From the human T2T-CHM13v2.0 reference genome, Homo sapiens, in NCBI RefSeq assembly GCF_009914755.1, contig NC_060927.1: DNA of 64,000 bases; one strand, given 5' to 3'. The notes under the pieces were generated by a model. That model worked only from the letters and a program-made list of their open reading frames with translations, did no database searches and was not told the DNA's origin. Position 1 is the first letter of the stretch. Every line of letters starts with the position of its first letter. This document shows, one piece after another, positions 1 to 14,085 of this stretch. A program made the translations under genes and the position numbers.

Positions 1-1857
1 TTGCAAATATTTTCTCTCATTCTGTGGGTTGATTCTTCACTTTGTTCATTGTTTTCCCTCACTGTGCAGAAGCTTTTTAACTTGATGAGATCCCATCTGT
101 CCGTTTTTGCTTTGGTTGCCTGTGTTTCTCCAATGTTTTCTTTTAGTAGTTTCATAGTTTGAGGTCTTAGATTTAAGTCTTTAATCCATTTTGATATGTT
201 TTTTGTATATGGTGAGAGACAGGGGTCAAGTCTCATTCTTCTGTATATGGATATCTAGTTTTCCCAGTACCATTTATTGAAGAGATTGTCCATTCTTCAA
301 TGTGTGGCTTTGGCACCTTTGTGAAAAATGAGTTCACTGTAGGTACGTAGATTTGCTTGTAGATTTTCTATTATGTTCCATTGGCCTATGTGTCTGTTTT
401 TATGCCAGTACCATGCTGTTTTGGTTACTATAGCTCTGTAGTATAATTTGAAGTCAGGTAATGTGATTTCTTCAGTTTAGTTCTTTTTGCTTAGAATAGC
501 TTTGGCTATTCAGGGTCTTTGTGATTCTGTAGAAACTTTAGAATTATTTTTGCTATTTCTGAGAAGAATGTCATTGGTATATTGATAGGGACTGCATTGA
601 ATCAGTAGACTGTTTTGGGTAGTATGCACATTTTAAACAATATTGCTATCCAATATCCAATCCACAAACATGGAATATTTTTAATTTTTTTTGTGTCCTC
701 TTCAATTTCTTTTATCAGTGTTTTACAGTTTTAATTATAGAGATATTTTTCTTCTTTGATTAATTCCTAAGTATTTAATTTTATTTTTGACTATAGTAGG
801 TGGAATTACTTTTTAAATTTCTTTTTCAGATTGTTCCCTGTTGGCATATAGAAATGCTACTAATTTTCGTATGTTGATCTTGTATCCTTCAACTTTACTG
901 AATGTTTATCAATTCTGATAGTATTTTTGGTAGAGTCTTTTAAGTTTTTTCAAATATGAGATCGTATCATCTGCAAACGAGGATAATTTGACTTCTTTCT
1001 TTCTCATTTGGATGCCCTTTATTTCTTCCTTTTCTGACTTCTCTAGCTAGAATTTCCAGTACTATGTTAAATAACAGTGGTGAATGTGAATATCCTTGTC
1101 ATGTTCTTATAGGAAAGGGTTTCAGTTTTTCCTCATTCAGTATAATACTAGTCGTGGGTCTGTCACATATGGCTTTTATTATGTTGAGGTATGCTCTGTC
1201 TATACCTAGTTTTTTGAGGGTTTTTGTTATGAAGAGATGTTCAATTTTTTCAAATGCTTTGTCAGCATCAATCAAAATGATCATATGGTTGTTGTCCTTC
1301 ATTTTGTTGATATGTTGTATCACATTGATTGATTTGTGAATGTTGAATCATTCTTGCCTCCAAGACGTAAATCCCACATGGTCATGATGAGTGATCATCT
1401 TAATGTATTGTTGAATTCAGTTTGCTAGTATTTTGTTGAAGATTTTTGTGTCAATATTAATCAGAGATATTGGCCTGTAGTTTTCTTTTACTGATGTAAC
1501 TTTTTTCTCGTTTTGGTATCAGGATAATACTGGTCTCATAGAATGAATTTGAAATTATTTCCTCCTCCCCTATTTTTCAGAATTGTTTGAGGATTGGTAT
1601 TAATTCTTCTTAAGTGTTTGATAGAATTCAGCAGTGAATCTGTTGGGTCCTGGGTTTTCCTTATTGGGAGACTTTTTATTATGGATTCAATCTCATTGTT
1701 AGTTATTGGTCTGTTTAGTCTTTGGATTTCTTCATAATTCGATCTTGGTGGTTTGTGCATATCTAGGAATTTATTCAGTTCCCTTTGATTTTCCAGTTTA
1801 TTGGCATATAGTTGCTCACAGTAGCCATTAATGATCCTTTAAATTTCTGTGACATAA

Positions 1858-2172
<315 letters not shown>

Positions 2173-3580
2173 TTCCTTTTTCATCTCTTATTTATTTCTT
2201 TATTTAGGTTGTCTTCCTTTTTTTTCTTCATTAGTCTGGCTAAAAGTTTGCCAATTTTGTTTATCTTTTCAAAAAGCAAATGTTTCATCTATCTTTTGTA
2301 TTATTTTCTTTGTTTCAAATCATTTATTTCTACTCTGATCCTGATTTCTTTTCTTCTAACTTTGCGTTTAAATCATACTTGCATTTTTAGTTCTTTAAGA
2401 TGCATCCTTAGGTTCTTTATTTGAATTTTTTCTTATTTTTTGATGTAGGCACTTATAACTATAAACTTCCCTCTGAGTACTGCTTTTTCTGTATTCCATA
2501 GGTTTTGATATGTTATGTTTCCATTATCATTTGTTTCAAGAAATGTTTAAATTTTCTTCTTAACATCTTTATTGAACCACTGGTTATTCAGGAGCATATT
2601 GTTTAATCTCCTTGTGTTCATATAGTTTCCAAAATTCCTCTTGTTGATTTCTAGTTTTATTTCACTGTGGTCAGAGAAGATACTTGATATTTTCTCCATT
2701 TTTTAAATGTTTTAAGGTTTGTTTTGTGACCTAACACATAATCTATCCTAGAGAATGATCCACATGATGAGGAGAAAATTGTGTATTCTGTTGTCTCTGG
2801 ATGAAATGTTTTGTAAATATCTATTAGGTCCATATTTTCTATACTGCAGATTAACTCTGATGTTTCTTTGTTGAGTTTCTATCTGGGAGATCTGTCCAAT
2901 GCTGAAAGTGGATTATTGATGTCTTAGCTATTATTGTATTGAGGTCTACCTTTCTCTTTAGCTCTAATAATATTTGCTTTATATATCAGGGTGCTCCAGT
3001 GTTGGGTGCACATATATTTAGAATTGTTATGTTCTTATGCTGGATTGACCCCTTTATCATTATGTAAGGACGTTCTTTGTCTCTCCTTGCAGTTTTTGTC
3101 TTGAAATCCATTTTTTCTTATATAAGTGTAGATACACCTGCTGTTTTTTGGTTTTCATTGTCATGGAATGTCTTTTTTTTTCCATCCCTTTATTTTCAGT
3201 CTGTGGGTCTTTATACGTGACGTGGGTTTCTTGTAGGCAACAGATTATGGAATCTTATTTTTTCATCCATTTAGCCATTCTATGTCTTTTGATTAGAGAG
3301 TCCATTTACAATCAATGTTATTATTGATAGGCAGGGACTTATTCTTTCCGTTTTGCTATTTGTTTTCTGGTTGTTTTGTAGTCTTCTCTTCCTTCTTACC
3401 TTCCTTTCAGTCTTCCTTTTAGTGAATGTGATTTTCTCTGACGGTATGATTTAATTTCTTGCTTTTTATTTTTTGTGTATCCATTGTGTGTTTTTTTGAT
3501 TTGAGGTTACAGTGAGGCTTCCAAATACTATCTTATAACCTGTTATTTTAAACAGATGAAAACTTAACACTGATTGCATA

Positions 3581-3586
<6 letters not shown>

Positions 3587-3620
<34 letters not shown>
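3587..3620 (+). repeat. (CA)17 microsatellite in the L1 inter-ORF region
   Basis: Direct read. Confidence 0.95.
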
Positions 3621-3621
<1 letters not shown>

Positions 3622-6600
3622 GAAAATTAATAAAAACCCTACACTTTAACTTCATCCCCTGCTTTTTAACTTTTTGTTATTTCTCTTTATGTCTTATTGT
3701 ACTGTCTGTATCTTGAAATGCAATTGTAGTTATTGTTTTTGATTGGTTCATCATTTAGTCTTTCCACTTAAGAGTAGTTTACACACCACAATTATAGTGT
3801 TATACAATTCTGTGTTTTTCTGCATATTTACTATTACCAGTGAGTTTTGTAGCTTCAGATGATTTCTTCTTGCTCATTAACATCTTCTTCTTTCAGATTG
3901 AAGAACACCCTTTAGCATTTCTTATAAGGCAGGTCTGGTGTTGATAAAATCCATCAGCTATTTTTTCATCTAGAAAGGTCTTTATTTCTTTTTCACACTT
4001 GAAGGATATCTTTGTCGGATATACTATTCAAGGGTAAAAGTTTTTTTTTTTTTCTTTCAGTACTTTAAATATGTCATGCCACTCTCTCCTGGCCTGTAAG
4101 GTTTCTACTGAAAAGTCTGTTACCAGATGTATTACAGCTCCATTGTATGTTGTCTTTTTTTCCTCTTACTACTTTTAGGATCCTTTCTTTATCCTTGACT
4201 TTTGGAGGTTTGATTATTAGATGCCTTGAGGTAGTCTTCTTTGGGTTAAACCTGCTTGGTGTTCTATAACTTTCTTGTGCTTGAATGTTGGTACCCTTCT
4301 CTAGGTTTGGGAAGTTCTCTGATATTGTCCCTTTGCATAAACTTTCTACACATAACTCTTTCTCTACCTCATGTTTTAAGGCAAATAACTCTTATATTTG
4401 CCCTTTTGATACTACTTTCTAGATCTTGTCAGCATGCTTCATTGCTTTCTACTCTTTTTTGTCCCCTCTGATTGTGTGTTTTCAAATAGGCTTTCTTCAA
4501 GCTCACTAATTCTTCTGCTTGATCAGTTTTACTATTGAGTGACTCTGATGCATTCTTCAGTATGTCATTTGCATTTTTAAACTCTAGAATTTCTGCTTGA
4601 TTCTTTTAAATTATTTCAGTTTCTTTGTTAATTTTTTCTGATAGAATTCTGAACTTTTTTGTCTGTATTATCTTTAATTTTTTAAAATTTCCTCAAACAG
4701 CTATTTTGAATACTCTGTGTGAAAGGTCACATGTCTCTGTTTCTCCAGGATTAGTCCTTCATGCATTATTTAATTCATTTGGTCAGGTCATGTCTTCTTG
4801 GATGATTTTGATGCTTGTAGGTGTTCATAGGTGTCTGGACATTGAAGAGTTAGGTATTTATTGTTGTGTTCATGGTTTGGGCTTGTTCGTGCCCATCCTT
4901 CTTGAGAAGGCTTTCCAGGTATTTGAAAGGACTTAGGCCCTCAGCCCAATATTTCTGTGGTTTTTGCAGACTCATAGAGGTACCACCTTGGTGGTCTTGG
5001 GTAAGATCTGGAAGAATTCTCTGGATTACCAGGCAGAGACTCTTCTCCTTTTCCTTTACTTTCTCCCAAACAAATGGAATCTCTGTCTTTGCGCTGAGTC
5101 ACCTGAAACTGGAGGTGTGGTGATGCACTGGGATTGACCCAGTGTGGTTCCTGTGGCTGCCATCAATGTGACTGCTGGATCAGACCTGAAACCTGCATAG
5201 CACTGAGTCTTGCCCAAGGCCCACTCTAACCACTACCTGGCTGTCACCTATGTTTACAAAAAACCCTTGGCCTCTACAATTTACAGGTGGAAAATCCAGC
5301 CAAGTTTGTGTCCCTACCTTCAGGATGGCAAGTTTCCCCAGGCCCCAGGTGGGTCCAGAGATACTGTCTGGGAGCCAGGGATTGTAGTCAAAAACCTTAA
5401 AAATTTGACTGATGCTCTGTTATACTCCAGCTAAGCTGGCACTCAGTCCACAATATAAAGTTCTTTCCACTCTTCCCCTTTCCACAGGCAGAGGAGCCTC
5501 TCCCTGTGGGCACTGCCACCACTGGCCCATTGAGGGGTTCTGCCAGGCCACTGCCCATGTTCCCTTAAAGCCCAGTGACTCTTCAGTCAGCTTGTGGTAA
5601 ATGCTGCCAAGCCTGAGACTCACCCTTCTGAGAAATTGGATCTCCTCTGGCCCAGGGCAGGTCCAGAAATGCTGTCTACTAGCCTAGGCCTAGACTTAGT
5701 GACCCTAAGAGCCTGCTTTTTGCTCTATGCCACAGTGGCTGAACTGGTACCTAAGACACAAGACAATGTCTCCTTTACTTTTCCTTCCTCTACATCTCAG
5801 AGCCCAAGGCCCATAGCAAACAACCTGGGTTTTGCTGCTGGTTATTCAGGGCCCAATGGCTCTTTAGTCAGCAGGTTATGAATCCTTCCAGGACTAGGTC
5901 CTTCCCTTCAATGCAGCAGGTTGCCTTTTGGCCCAGGGTGTTTCTACAAATGTCATCTGAGAGCTAGGGCCCAGATTAGGGGGCTTAGTATTCTGCCCAA
6001 TGCCCTATTCTACCACGGCTGAGCTGGTATTCAAGACACAAGGCTCCTCTTTACTCTTTGCTGTCTGCCCCTTAGGCAGAAGGAAGGAGACACTTTCATT
6101 GCTGTGAGCTGCCTTACTTATGGCTGGGGGAGGGATGGCACAAGCATTCCTTTAGCTGCCCCGGCTGGTGTCTCCCTAGGTCTCATGCCATGCCACCCTA
6201 GTCCTCTGGCTCTGAGCCCAGTCCAGCACTAGGAGTTGCATATGAGTTGCAGTCCCTGTGCCCTTGACTGCCTTTCAGAGTTTACCTAGGTCCCCAGAGC
6301 ACTTTGGCCTGTGATGGCAAGGCTTGCCAGGAAACTTGGGTATCAACTGATGAGATGGATGATTCTTCTCTGGCTAGGTCTGGTCCAAATGCTCCCTCTG
6401 TGTGTGGGCATTGGCTGAGCCCAGTATAGCTTTGCTCTCCACTGTGGCAGGGCAGCACTGAGTTTAATGTAAAGTCCCCCAGTTGCTGTATTCTCCCTCC
6501 CTCAAATGCACAGACTCTTTGCTGCATGGCTCACTACCTGTGGTGTTGGAGGGGTGGTTTTGATGCTTCAGGACTGTCTTTCCTGTTCTCCTCAATGTCT

Positions 6601-8994
6601 CTTTCAAGATATGAAGTTAAAATTAGGTACTGGGATTGCTCACCTGAGTTTTGGTCCTTGAGATGATGCTTTTCTGTGTGCAGATAGTTGCTAAAATTTG
6701 GTGTTCCTGCTGGGGGTACAAACTATGTAGGTTTCTATTCTGCCATTTTGTTCTATCCTTTATCAACTATTTATTTTAGGAAAAGGAATGTGTGTACAAT
6801 TGGAGAGCCATTTACAAAATCTTTACTACAAATGTTTTTGATTTTATAATTTGTGATAACAGGAACTATACTTTTATAACTCTATAAACCTCTGGGTGTC
6901 CCTAATACATAGAATAGTGAGAGCTCGAGAGTTAGTTTTAGTTGCCTTTCCAGGTAGGACCATCAGAAGGAATGACAGAGCAGTTTGTTTTGAAGGTAGA
7001 CTAAAGCACCAAGGTCTAGGTGTAAGGGAAATTACGTTTTACTGAATTGTGTTTTGTTTGGCTTGTTTTTGTTTTTACCGTGTACATTTGTTACTCTCGA
7101 TTGTGCATATATACATATAAGTGCTTTTTTTATTTTTAAAACTCTAATACTTAGTTAAACTTGTATTTGATATGTCAAGTGGGATGGAGAAAAGTAATCT
7201 GGAGTATAAGAAGATGTAGAATCCACCGTGTCTCATAGTGACAGGGACAGTATTTGAGGATATTTATTTAAAATATTTGAAATAAGGCCTATAAATGTGT
7301 GACTGAAGAGCATATTCAATCAAATATGAGTATAAATTAGGAAGTGCACAATTGTAGTTAGATAGAACCTTTTATCAAAGGTTTTGAAGGGGGAAATCAT
7401 GGATGGAACCCTGTCCCAGGAAAATGCTGGTGTGCAAAAGCACACACGGCTCTATAAGGAAATTTAGATCAAGTGACAAGTTGGCGGAGGGAATATACAG
7501 AATGTACAGTATGACAAAAACAAAGAATCACAGGTAATACATGCTTCTTAAAGGGGTTACCCCATATGTAGAATTCACTTTTCTTCTTTTCTGCTCTGAA
7601 CTATTTCATGTATCTTTCCGGGTTGTTGCCCAATTTTATTATAATGGTCTATCCTCTAAAGATGAATAGGTGGTAAAAAGAAGGATGCTTCGGTTGTGGG
7701 GAAGAGTAAGTAGGGATGAGTACAAGCATGCTTCCCAGGCCATTTGCTGAAACTATTGAGTGTGAATATGGATTAAAGTACCTGGGAAGAGGTAGGGGGC
7801 TTGTCCTCCAGTTGATACACTGAGGTCATTACCTCTATTCCTTGTATGGAGGAATAGTCTATTGTTCTACCCATCTGTAAGTCTAGAGCAAGGGGGAGGG
7901 AAGAATGGGACAGCCAGGAATGAAATTTTAGTTAGGTTTGCCTATCCTAAATTGGGGCTGGGGTTTCTAGAGCTATAATTAAAGTGTTCAGTCATAGCCC
8001 ACTTTTGTCATAATTATAAACTTGTTGGAATTGTTTTATTAATATGTTGGGCTTGCTCATGCAGTCACCATTACACACTTGTACCTCCTGCTGTTTTGAT
8101 GGTAGAGACACACAGGACCAACAGCTCAAACAAGACATATATTTTATTTGTATATTTGAACACTGCATGTTAGCAAAGCAAAGCTTTGCTAGATGGTTCC
8201 CAGAGGTTAATCTGCCCATTTACTGCCAAGTACGCTGCTCCTTAATCTGTGCAATATTATAATAAAATAATGGTTGGTCTTTGGCAAATCAGTAAGTTTC
8301 TTTAATCTCGATAAAGCATAGTGACTGCACTAAGCCCATAAATAATGATTCTGATACTCATTTTGACTTTATTCAGTATAAAGAAGCAATTTCTCTCATT
8401 TAAAAATCAATTGAACATGATGAAGAGGAAAGTGAGTTTTGGGATTTGAATTTGTGTTTAGTTTAATAAGATTTTTTGTGTAACATAAATGGAATGAGAA
8501 AGTGTTCCATTTTCAAGTGCCGTACTACTAAATACTTTGCTCTCTAAATTTGTCTGTCTTTGTAATTGTTTTATTCTGCTAGGAAATACCATTGGGGACC
8601 TATTCCTTTTCCCCAGTCCTTATTTTTGTCATTTGTGTGCAAAATGTATTGAGTTTTCCCCCACCTGGAAGAAACAGTTGCCATTTTAAAATACTAGCAC
8701 TTTTTTCCCACAATTTATATGGTAGTGATTACTCTCTATATCTTGTACTTAATTTCAAACAAACTGAGAGACAGAAAGATAGACTAATTCATACATATAT
8801 ACATAAATTTAGAATATGGATAATTTTACCATCATGGCACTTACTGAATGGAACCTGGCTCAGTTGTTCAGCTCTGTTGACCAGAGCTGTACACCCTAAG
8901 CCATACATACTATACGGTATAAAATTAGTTCAATAATATGAAGATAACTGTGTCTATATGCCATTTAAACATAAACTCCACTGCATTTAAATTT

Positions 8995-9145
8995 ATTTAT
9001 CAACTCTACTAGACAATAAACTCTTTGTCAAGAAAAGCCATGTTAGAGTTTTTTTTTCCTTACAGCATCTGGCACTATCTTCCTTGTATGTAGTAGATGC
9101 TTAGTAAATTTAATAATATAATAATAATAATAATAATAATAATAA
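8995..9145 (+). mobile_element. L2 3' end with (TAA)9 tail
   Basis: ctactagacaataaactc...cagcatctggcac...tagtagatgcttagtaaat resembles the L2 terminus; (TAA)n at 9119-9145. Confidence 0.6.
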
Positions 9146-10584
9146 AAGGAAGATCTCATTGTGGTTCAAAAATGTCACTAATAATAGGCAAATTCTTGTT
9201 CCAAAAGCTGATGTCTTATTTTAGTATTTCTGGCACACAAATTTCAGAATGCTTAGGCAATTAAACTGGAATATGAGGGGACTCCAGTGGAGCAACCTGT
9301 TTTCTGTATAGTGGCTATTGTTACCCATGTTATTTTACTCTGTTTGCTAAGTGTCTGAGGCTGCAACCCTCCCTGTTCAGGCAGTCCATATGTGGCTTCT
9401 TTTCTGTATCAACTCCCTGCATTTTATATTTTTAAGACATTTGAAAGCATAGGTGATTCAGACTATAATGGCTTAGAATTTTTCTCACAGTAAGCTCTTT
9501 TGTCTCTGGCTTTTGCTTTTCAGCAGGAACTATCTTTTGCCTTTATTTTTTCACAAATCTAAGGTAGACCATATGGCTATCATATTGGTTCCCCTGTGGT
9601 ATCCCGGCTTTACTATAATGATCACTCACAGTAAATGGATACAAAAGAAGATACTGAAGAAATGAGTAGGTTTTCTTGTTGTTTTAAAAGAAAAGTTGCA
9701 ATAAATATATCAATGCTGTTATTTCATTATCTTCTGTGATCACATAATGCAAAGAACTAGGAAATCCAATAAGGAAAGATAGTCAGCAATAACTGAATAG
9801 TTTAGGGATACAGTAGAAATCCAGCAGAAATACAGAGGTATGGAGGCAGTCTAAGTGCCATCAGACTTCCAGGCAGCCTGCAAACCACCCCTCTCTCCCT
9901 GCAACTCAGTCATCCTATTCTGAGCCCAGACAACAGCCACAGAGTATTGCTAAGCCCAAATGGAAGGTGGGGAAGGATTTATGGAAAGGTGATTCATTGT
10001 TAACATCTTCAACTGTTAAACTTAAGTAGAATTTCAGCTGAATGTATATATAATTCTTAGCCCAAATGTTTGCTTTTTCTGTTTAGAAATCACATTTGAC
10101 TCACGGTTGGATTGTCTTTGGAAGAATTTGGGTGCTACACCAAGCCATCTGTGTTTCAAGCGAGATTTTATGACAGTCATTCTGAAGAGGTGGAACAATA
10201 CAAATGTGAAATTTAGTGTGCAGTTACACTCTGAGAGCAAGTCTCCTTGGCTCACTGTTGATGGCCCTGCAAATCTAAAGCAGGAGTTCTAGTTTTATCA
10301 TTACTTTCCCCCAATACACCCCAACACACACACATAAAGAACAATCCCAATGTTGGTAAATAAATAAGCAGTTTAAATAGAGAACTTAAGGAGCTCACAG
10401 CAACACAGAAGTATAAAATAAGCTTTTGAAGATGGTAAAGAAACATTTAATGAAATTTCAAATGGATTGTCACGCAGTGGTTCAACTGAATGGCAAAGGT
10501 CTCAGGGAAGATGTTGCCAGCAAATGCACTAAAGGAAACAAATAAGAACCATCTGGACACTACTATTCTTTGTAGAATTCCATT

Positions 10585-10586
<2 letters not shown>

Positions 10587-10635
<49 letters not shown>

Positions 10636-10646
10636 CACACACACAT
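10587..10646 (+). repeat. (AGAT)12 tetranucleotide STR followed by short (AC)n
   Basis: 48 nt perfect AGAT array at 10587-10634. Confidence 0.97.
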
Positions 10647-11924
10647 ACATACAGTTTTTTCTCTACAGTCACCAGGCTTGTAGTGCAATAAAAATAGCAA
10701 AACTTTAAATTAACACACAGGGTTTAAAACATTTCAGGAAAGCATTGATTATATCTGCCAATGGAATGAGTGTATTTGGCAAATGACCTAATTATCACAG
10801 AGCTGGTTCTTTCTCATTGCTCTACTTCCCGCTAATTGCAGAACTGCTGGCCTTCTCCCCCTGACAAGGAAGAAAAACAAGGACAGGAGTGTGTGGAGAA
10901 AACAGTGACATTCAGTTTTAATTCATTTGAACCTGCTGCCAAGCTTAATTATGTAATTGAGAGAGTGAGACGGGTGGGCTTACAGCCACTTGGGCCAGAG
11001 TTTCTGATGGTTAGCATTTGCCAGTGTTGTGTTGAGGATTTTAGCAGTTACCGGAAAGCATTATTAGCTGAAGCTGAACTAATCTCCCTTACCCTTCTCC
11101 TCACCAGATGTAGGTACAGAGGTTGCTGTTCCCAGACTTGATTATTTGTCATAAAGGAAAACAAATTGAAAGCAAATTAAAGTGGCTTTATTCCTTGCTA
11201 AATCCATCATTATTCTTTAGGGGCAGTCTCCTATTTCATTTTGCTTTCTTCTGATTGTGATGTAGTATCTGCTGTCATGTAAAACTCAGTAATGCAATGT
11301 TTATTTCTAGAATGGGAGTATTTTTCAGGGTTACTTGAGACATTTTTACATAAACTTCTATTGTAACTAGTGAAAGTGTGTATATATGAAAAACACATAA
11401 TTTGGTGAGATATTTCTGATTTGGTAGCTTATCCCCTATTTTTAATTTTATTTATGAAGCCTTTATCCCCCTTGGCTTGGAACCATCAATACAGATATTT
11501 TGTACAAAAGGGCCAACCTCTCTCTCCTCGCTGGCAGAATGACTCTTTATAAGTACACTTTTTTCAAAGTTTAGCCAGAACATCCCTGATTCAGAGAACG
11601 CTCAGGGTGTCTCCTACCCTCACAGAAATGTCCTCTGTTCAGATTGAAGTTTAGTCCTGGAGGTCAACATCTTGATTTTGTAATATCCTGTGTACCATGT
11701 GGGGGTGGAAAGGAGGAGAAGAAGCCAGAGAGAAGGCACGCTAGACTAAAGGGTGGTAGCCATAAAATAAGAGGCTGCCTGCTGGGTGGCAGCATGGCTG
11801 AAACAGAACCATGACCACTTAGCATTATGTGTTCTTTATAGCCCAACAGTATTAATAGACACTTTTATCAGTTAATCCCCATCATAGTTCCATGAAGTAA
11901 GTTAACATTTTTTAAACGTGCTTT

Positions 11925-12010
11925 CCATTTATTTTCACAAATATTTATTAAGCATAGGCTAGATGTTAGGTACAGTCCCAGTACCTGGGGTAATACAATG
12001 AAACAACACC
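11925..12010 (-). mobile_element. L2 3' end fragment
   Basis: tcacaaatatttattaagcat...gttaggtacagtcccagtacctgggg. Confidence 0.55.
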
Positions 12011-12099
12011 TGGTAATGGAGAGTGCTCTTTTTTCTTCCAGGTACAATGGGTGAAGGGGAGGATCCTTGTCTGGCGAAGGGCAACACTTTCATGAAGTT

Positions 12100-13605
12100 T
12101 CTAGATACGCCCACCCTTCTACTCTCTCAGGAATGTTATTCTATAAATTATCCACTTGTCCTCCTGTAGTTTTAATCTATTTTCTGCTTGATCTTTCCTA
12201 TCAATATTCAACATTCAAAAATGCCAAGAACAGTATCTGTCCTGTAGAAAGTGGTCAATAATGATTTGTTGAATAATTTACATGAATACTCAGCAGTTTC
12301 CTACCCTAGCTTCACACTGGAATCAGGTGGGAAATAGACACACACACACACACAGACAACCATAGCATCTCCTATCTTAAAGCAAACAAACAGAAACAAC
12401 TCAGTTGACCTTAGATCCCCTGCTAGCTAAATCTGTTTCTTAATTCTTCTTCCCAGCCAAGATAACTGCAAAGAGGCCTGTAAATCCTCCTCCTCATCTT
12501 GCTCATACTCTTCAACTACTCCAGCAGACTTCAATCCCCATCACTTGCCTAAAGCAAATCATGATAGTGACATCATGTTTCTAAAGACACTGGGCATCTT
12601 GAAGCTATCTTCTTGCTCAAACTCTCAGTAGCATTTCACATAATTGATCTCTCCCTCCTCAGAATACTTTCTTACCTTGGATTTGAGACATCTGATTCCC
12701 TTTTCATTTCCTTCTTCCTCTCTGACTCCAGCTTTCTTTGCAGTCTTTTCTTCTTATGTAATGCCTAAATGCTGAAGTTGTTTGAGTTCTAATCCTGGAC
12801 CTATTTCTTTTATACTTACTCTGGGCATTTTTGACTATTTCCTATTAATAACATCTATATCTTTGTGCTGTTGTCCTCCTATATTTCCAATTTCATCTCC
12901 ATTTCTGAGCACCAACCTAATATATCCAGCTGCGATTTGACATTTCTATTTAGATGTCTCGGGCATTTCTGACTCAACATGTCTCAGACCAATAATTAGA
13001 TTTTCCTTCTCCCCTGCTGGTTCTTCCTTGAGTCTTCCCATTTCAATAAATTACATATCCACTCACCCAGTGGCTTATGGCAAAAACAAAACCAACCAAA
13101 CAAACAAAACCAGTGGTAATCCTTGTCTATGTCTTTATGTCTTCCTTCTTTCCAGTTCAGTCAATCCATTTACAAAGCCCTGTTAATTCTGCCTCCAAAA
13201 TATAACTCAAAGCATCCATTTCACCCTATTTCATTGCCAGCTGCCTTTCCTCTGGAATGTTGCAATAGCCCCTAAGTCATCTCCTGACCCCATTCTAGCT
13301 TCCCAGCTCCCCCGCAACATTGCAATCTCAATTTAAAAATGCAGATCATTTCACACCACGGCTTCTTTAAAACTTTCAATAGTGAACAATCAAAAATTAA
13401 AATCTATATTATATGCTGTCATTTACTTTCAAGGAAGATCTGCAATTTTGTAATTATATATTCATTTGTATGGTTATTTGTTCTTATCCATCTCCCAACT
13501 CAACTATTAGTTGCATGCATGGGAACTGAGGTTTTCTCCCACCACTATATACCCTTTGCTTAGTGCAGTGCCTGAAATAGAACTTTATTATTGAATGAAT
13601 AAATA
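12100..13605 (+). mobile_element. L2 LINE, fragmented, with RT remnant and 3' end; small MER5-like and (CA)n interruptions near 12290-12355
   Basis: 12608-12690 resembles the L2 RT motif LLDLSAAFDTVDH..LL..LSSLGF.D; ttgacatttctatttagatgtc; terminus cttagtgcagtgcctg...ttgaatgaataaataa. Confidence 0.8.
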
Positions 13606-13849
13606 AGCCGATGAACGGATGAGGAAGATTGGCCAACGTGTAAGGTACAAGGTGGTTCCCATGTCAATCTCATCTTAACTCATCAACTGCTCCATTGACA
13701 AATGTACGATTAAATGAGCTCAATTAAATTATCTTATATGGAATTGTTTTATTCCATGCCATTTAAGGAATTTTCAAGAATTGAGTCCTTTCTCTGATGG
13801 GCTTCAGAGGCTACTAGCATAGTTTACAACGTAGGGATATAAAGCAATT

Positions 13850-14085
13850 CATGGTATGGTGTATTTGAAAGGACACATGCAGACTTTACTTCAAATCCTG
13901 GATCTGCTCAATGAGTGGCTTGTGATTCTTGTCAAGTTGGATCACCTTACCCTAACCTCAGTTTCTTCATGTGTATAATGGCACGAAGCCAGTAGTACCT
14001 GATGTTATTATGACTTCACCAAGTGCCAATGTGTCAACTACCTAGCACAGCAACCGACATGTGAGAGATGACATCCAGATTATAG
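13850..14085 (+). mobile_element. MIR SINE
   Basis: ttcaaatcctggatctgc...tgtgattcttgtcaagt...cctcagtttcttcatgtgtataatgg. Confidence 0.75.
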
